A stretch of 64,000 nucleotides of DNA from an uncultured Pelagibacteraceae bacterium (GTDB lineage Bacteria; Pseudomonadota; Alphaproteobacteria; Pelagibacterales; Pelagibacteraceae), in NCBI GenBank assembly GCA_902593405.1, contig CACJIB010000002.1, positions 233-64,232 of the forward strand. The letters are read 5' to 3'. This document shows positions 61,272-64,000 of this stretch, one piece after another; position 1 is the stretch's first letter, and every line of letters starts with the position of its first letter. Both the position numbers and the translations under genes were made by a program. The notes beneath the pieces are model-generated. The model had not been told where the DNA came from and did no database searches. It saw only the letters and a program-made list of their open reading frames with translations.

Positions 61272-61918
61272 TCAGAACTATTAAAGCCTCAAAATCAGAA
61301 AAAATTTTATTTATATTTTTAATTGCTCTTTCAATTTTTGCTTTTACATCTTTTTTTTTATTAAAAAATAAATGTCTATTTGTTGAAAAAAATAATTTAA
61401 GTAAACTTAATTTTGATGAACCGAATAATATTGCAGTAATGAATGTTGAGTGCGGAAATGTAATTATTGAACTTTATCCAGATATTTCTCCTAAAGCAGT
61501 AGAAAGATTTAAAATTTTAATTAAACAAAAATTGTATGATGGTTCTGCTTTTTATAAAGTTTCAGAAAATACCTTTGTACAAGCTGGAGATATTGAGTAT
61601 GGAAATATAAATAATTTAGATTATTCCAAAATTGGTAGCGGAAAGTCTGGATTAGGATTTTTAAAATCAGAACTGAGCAACGATTTTAAATTTACAGAGG
61701 GTAGTGTTGGTTTTGCTAGAGCAACAGAATTTGATACAGAAGATAGTGAATTCTTTATTACATTAAAAGAAATTCCAATTTATCAAGGAGAGTATACTCC
61801 AATTGGTAAAGTAGTTTACGGTTTAGATATTTTAACTAAAATTAAAACAGGTAATAAAGCAATTTATGTTTTAAGACCGGATTATATTAAATCCTTTAGA
61901 ATGTTTAATTCTAATTAA
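61268..61918 (+). CDS. Membrane-anchored cyclophilin-type peptidyl-prolyl isomerase-like protein
   Basis: IELYPDISPKAV, FVQAGD, GSVGFAR, FFI and GKVVYG motifs; N-terminal TM. Confidence 0.8.
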   Translation: MIRTIKASKSEKILFIFLIALSIFAFTSFFLLKNKCLFVEKNNLSKLNFDEPNNIAVMNVECGNVIIELYPDISPKAVERFKILIKQKLYDGSAFYKVSENTFVQAGDIEYGNINNLDYSKIGSGKSGLGFLKSELSNDFKFTEGSVGFARATEFDTEDSEFFITLKEIPIYQGEYTPIGKVVYGLDILTKIKTGNKAIYVLRPDYIKSFRMFNSN

Positions 61919-64000
61919 CCAAAGGTTTGCCAGTCGACAAAGTGTGTTTAATTCTTTCTTGAGTTTGTTTTGTTTCTATCAATCTCATAAAAGAGTCTAG
62001 TTCTAATTTATACAGATCATCCTCTGACAATACTTTTTCAATAGTAGTGTCTCCACCACTTAAAACGTTTGCAAGCTCAGTTCCAACATGCATACCATGA
62101 TCTAAAATTACCTTGTCGTTGTATAATTTCTCTAAAACCTTAACCATTTTATCTTTCAACGGCTTTCCAGAAAGTTTGAATTTGCACTCTTCTGGAGGAA
62201 CAAAATCATTATTTTGATCAATTAAATTTTTTGATTCCTCAAAAAGACTGTTTCTATTCATTATTTTTTTGTCTTCTGATCTTAAATACTTTAATGGCTC
62301 AGCCTCGATTGGAGATGTAGCTGTTTTAGCATAACCAATAATATCAAAAACTTTTAGTGGTGCATAATCTGGATCTGATTTTGCTTCTTCAGTTTGTGAC
62401 CATCTCCACAACATTTCTTTACATCCACCACCTGCTGGAACTAATCCAACAATAGTTTCAACTAAACCAATAACTAAATTTGTATGTGAGGCAACAAAAT
62501 TACTTTGAACTAAAACTTCAAATCCTCCTCCAAGCGTAAGTCCAGAAGGAGCTGATACAACTGGGTACTTAGAGTACTTAAGGGTTTTACAAGTATCTTG
62601 AAAATATTTAATGAATTTTTCAATTGATTTGAAATCTCCTTTGTCAGCAAAATTCATAGTATAACTTAAATTAACACCTGCTGAAAATTGCATGCTTTCA
62701 TTAATTATTATTAAGGGTTTATCAGTTGCATTTTTCAATGCATCCATTGAGTCATAATCTAATGCACAAGCTTTTGTTGTGAATTCAACAATATTAAAAT
62801 CTTTAAATCGATGAATTTCAGCTGAATTATTTTTATCCAGTTTAATTGCTGATGGTCTTATTTTTCCTAAAGTTTGAATGTCTGTATAAATTTGTCTTTC
62901 TCCATAGAAATTTTCATCTTTTGTTTTTGATAAATTTTCTAAAAATTTATTATTTTCAAAGTTATCAATTCTTTCGAAGAAATTCTTAACACCTATCGAT
63001 TTTAGCATTTCAAATGGACCCATCGCCCAATTAAAACCTAGTCTCATAGCTTCATCAATATCATTAAACTTATCAGTAATTCCTGGAACAAGTGAGGATG
63101 CATATTTAATTATTTTTGATATTATAATCCATGCATACTCACCAAACTTATCTTTCCGATTAATTAAATTACTAATATCAACAGTCTCAATTCCTAAATC
63201 TATTTTTTTTGTTGCCGAATACTCTCCTGTTTCTAAATTTATTGCCTCTAAAATTTTTTGATCTCCACTTTTATTCATTCTATAAAAGCCCCCTTTTCCT
63301 TTACGGCCTGTGTAGCCTGTCTCAATTAATTTTTTAACTAATGGAATTTCTTTTGCAACAATTTGAAATTCATCTTTATCTGAAAGTTCCTTAATAAAGC
63401 TTTTTAATACATCGGCCATCAAATCAATTCCAATAAGATCATACAATCCAAACACTCCTGTTTTGGGTATGCCCATGGGTCTACCAAAAACTGCATCAGC
63501 TTCTTCTATTGAAAGTTTCATTTTGAATGCTTCCGTCATAGCAACCTGCATTGCATAAACACCAATTCTATTACCTAAAAATCCTGGCGTATCGTTACAG
63601 ATTATGGCTCCTTTACCAAGCTCTACCTCACAAAATTTCTTTAAAGAATTAATTTTATTTAAATCATTATTTTCATTTTTAACAATTTCTAATAATCCCA
63701 TGTATCTTACAGGATTAAAAAAGTGAGTGATGCAAAAATCTTTTTTTTCTTCGTCAGTTAGTTTTTCTGACAAAACTTTAATTGGAATTGATGATGTGTT
63801 TGATGAAACTATTGCACCTTTTTTTCTGTTCTTAAATATCTTCTCATAAATATTATGTTTAATATCAATTCTTTCAACTACTGCCTCTACAACCCAATCT
63901 GCATCTTTTACAACATCAAAATTTTCATCAATATTCCCAATGTTAATTTTGTTAATTTTGCTTTTATCTATCAGCAAAGGAGGTCTCGATTTATGAATTC
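61911..64000 (-). CDS. 3-hydroxyacyl-CoA dehydrogenase/enoyl-CoA hydratase (FadN-like), 5-prime partial
   Basis: EAVVER, SNTSSIP, HFFNP, DTPGFLGNR and crotonase LGGGFE; frame open to the window end. Confidence 0.9.
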   Translation of the reverse strand, partial: IHKSRPPLLIDKSKINKINIGNIDENFDVVKDADWVVEAVVERIDIKHNIYEKIFKNRKKGAIVSSNTSSIPIKVLSEKLTDEEKKDFCITHFFNPVRYMGLLEIVKNENNDLNKINSLKKFCEVELGKGAIICNDTPGFLGNRIGVYAMQVAMTEAFKMKLSIEEADAVFGRPMGIPKTGVFGLYDLIGIDLMADVLKSFIKELSDKDEFQIVAKEIPLVKKLIETGYTGRKGKGGFYRMNKSGDQKILEAINLETGEYSATKKIDLGIETVDISNLINRKDKFGEYAWIIISKIIKYASSLVPGITDKFNDIDEAMRLGFNWAMGPFEMLKSIGVKNFFERIDNFENNKFLENLSKTKDENFYGERQIYTDIQTLGKIRPSAIKLDKNNSAEIHRFKDFNIVEFTTKACALDYDSMDALKNATDKPLIIINESMQFSAGVNLSYTMNFADKGDFKSIEKFIKYFQDTCKTLKYSKYPVVSAPSGLTLGGGFEVLVQSNFVASHTNLVIGLVETIVGLVPAGGGCKEMLWRWSQTEEAKSDPDYAPLKVFDIIGYAKTATSPIEAEPLKYLRSEDKKIMNRNSLFEESKNLIDQNNDFVPPEECKFKLSGKPLKDKMVKVLEKLYNDKVILDHGMHVGTELANVLSGGDTTIEKVLSEDDLYKLELDSFMRLIETKQTQERIKHTLSTGKPLVN

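Noticed and set aside
1-64000. CRISPR arrays, tRNA/rRNA, IS elements, integrases, prophage, frameshifted pseudogenes
   Set aside because: No spaced direct repeats, RNA-gene-like GC-rich tracts, recombinase motifs or broken ORFs were seen; intergenic gaps are all under about 300 bp

Overview
AT-rich, gene-dense alphaproteobacterial chromosome segment with very short intergenic spacers. Gene content and order point to SAR11 / Candidatus Pelagibacter. About 47 kb is a one-carbon / methylated-amine region. It holds bhmT plus a Rieske oxygenase, a betaine-type ABC pair, a MetF-like protein plus a DmdA-like aminomethyltransferase, an uncharacterised amidohydrolase operon, soxBDAG, fhs, tmm, tmoXWV, tdm, two gamma-glutamyl-amine ligases, a divergent N-methylglutamate-synthase-like trio and an atypical Amt. 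Housekeeping genes follow (phrB, zapE, bamB, acnA, csaA, argE, speB, partial fadN-like). No rRNA, tRNA, CRISPR or mobile element was seen. The best candidate for an undescribed system is the block after tdm (36997-45281): FAD demethylase, non-canonical glutamyl-amine ligase, divergent MgsABC, a small protein, an altered Amt and a small membrane protein. It may be a gamma-glutamylation route for dimethylamine, since no dimethylamine monooxygenase genes are in the window. Three small ORFs missing from the ORF track were found by hand (7029-7139, 7681-7848, 45340-45489). All family assignments come from motif recognition by eye; no database searches were run.
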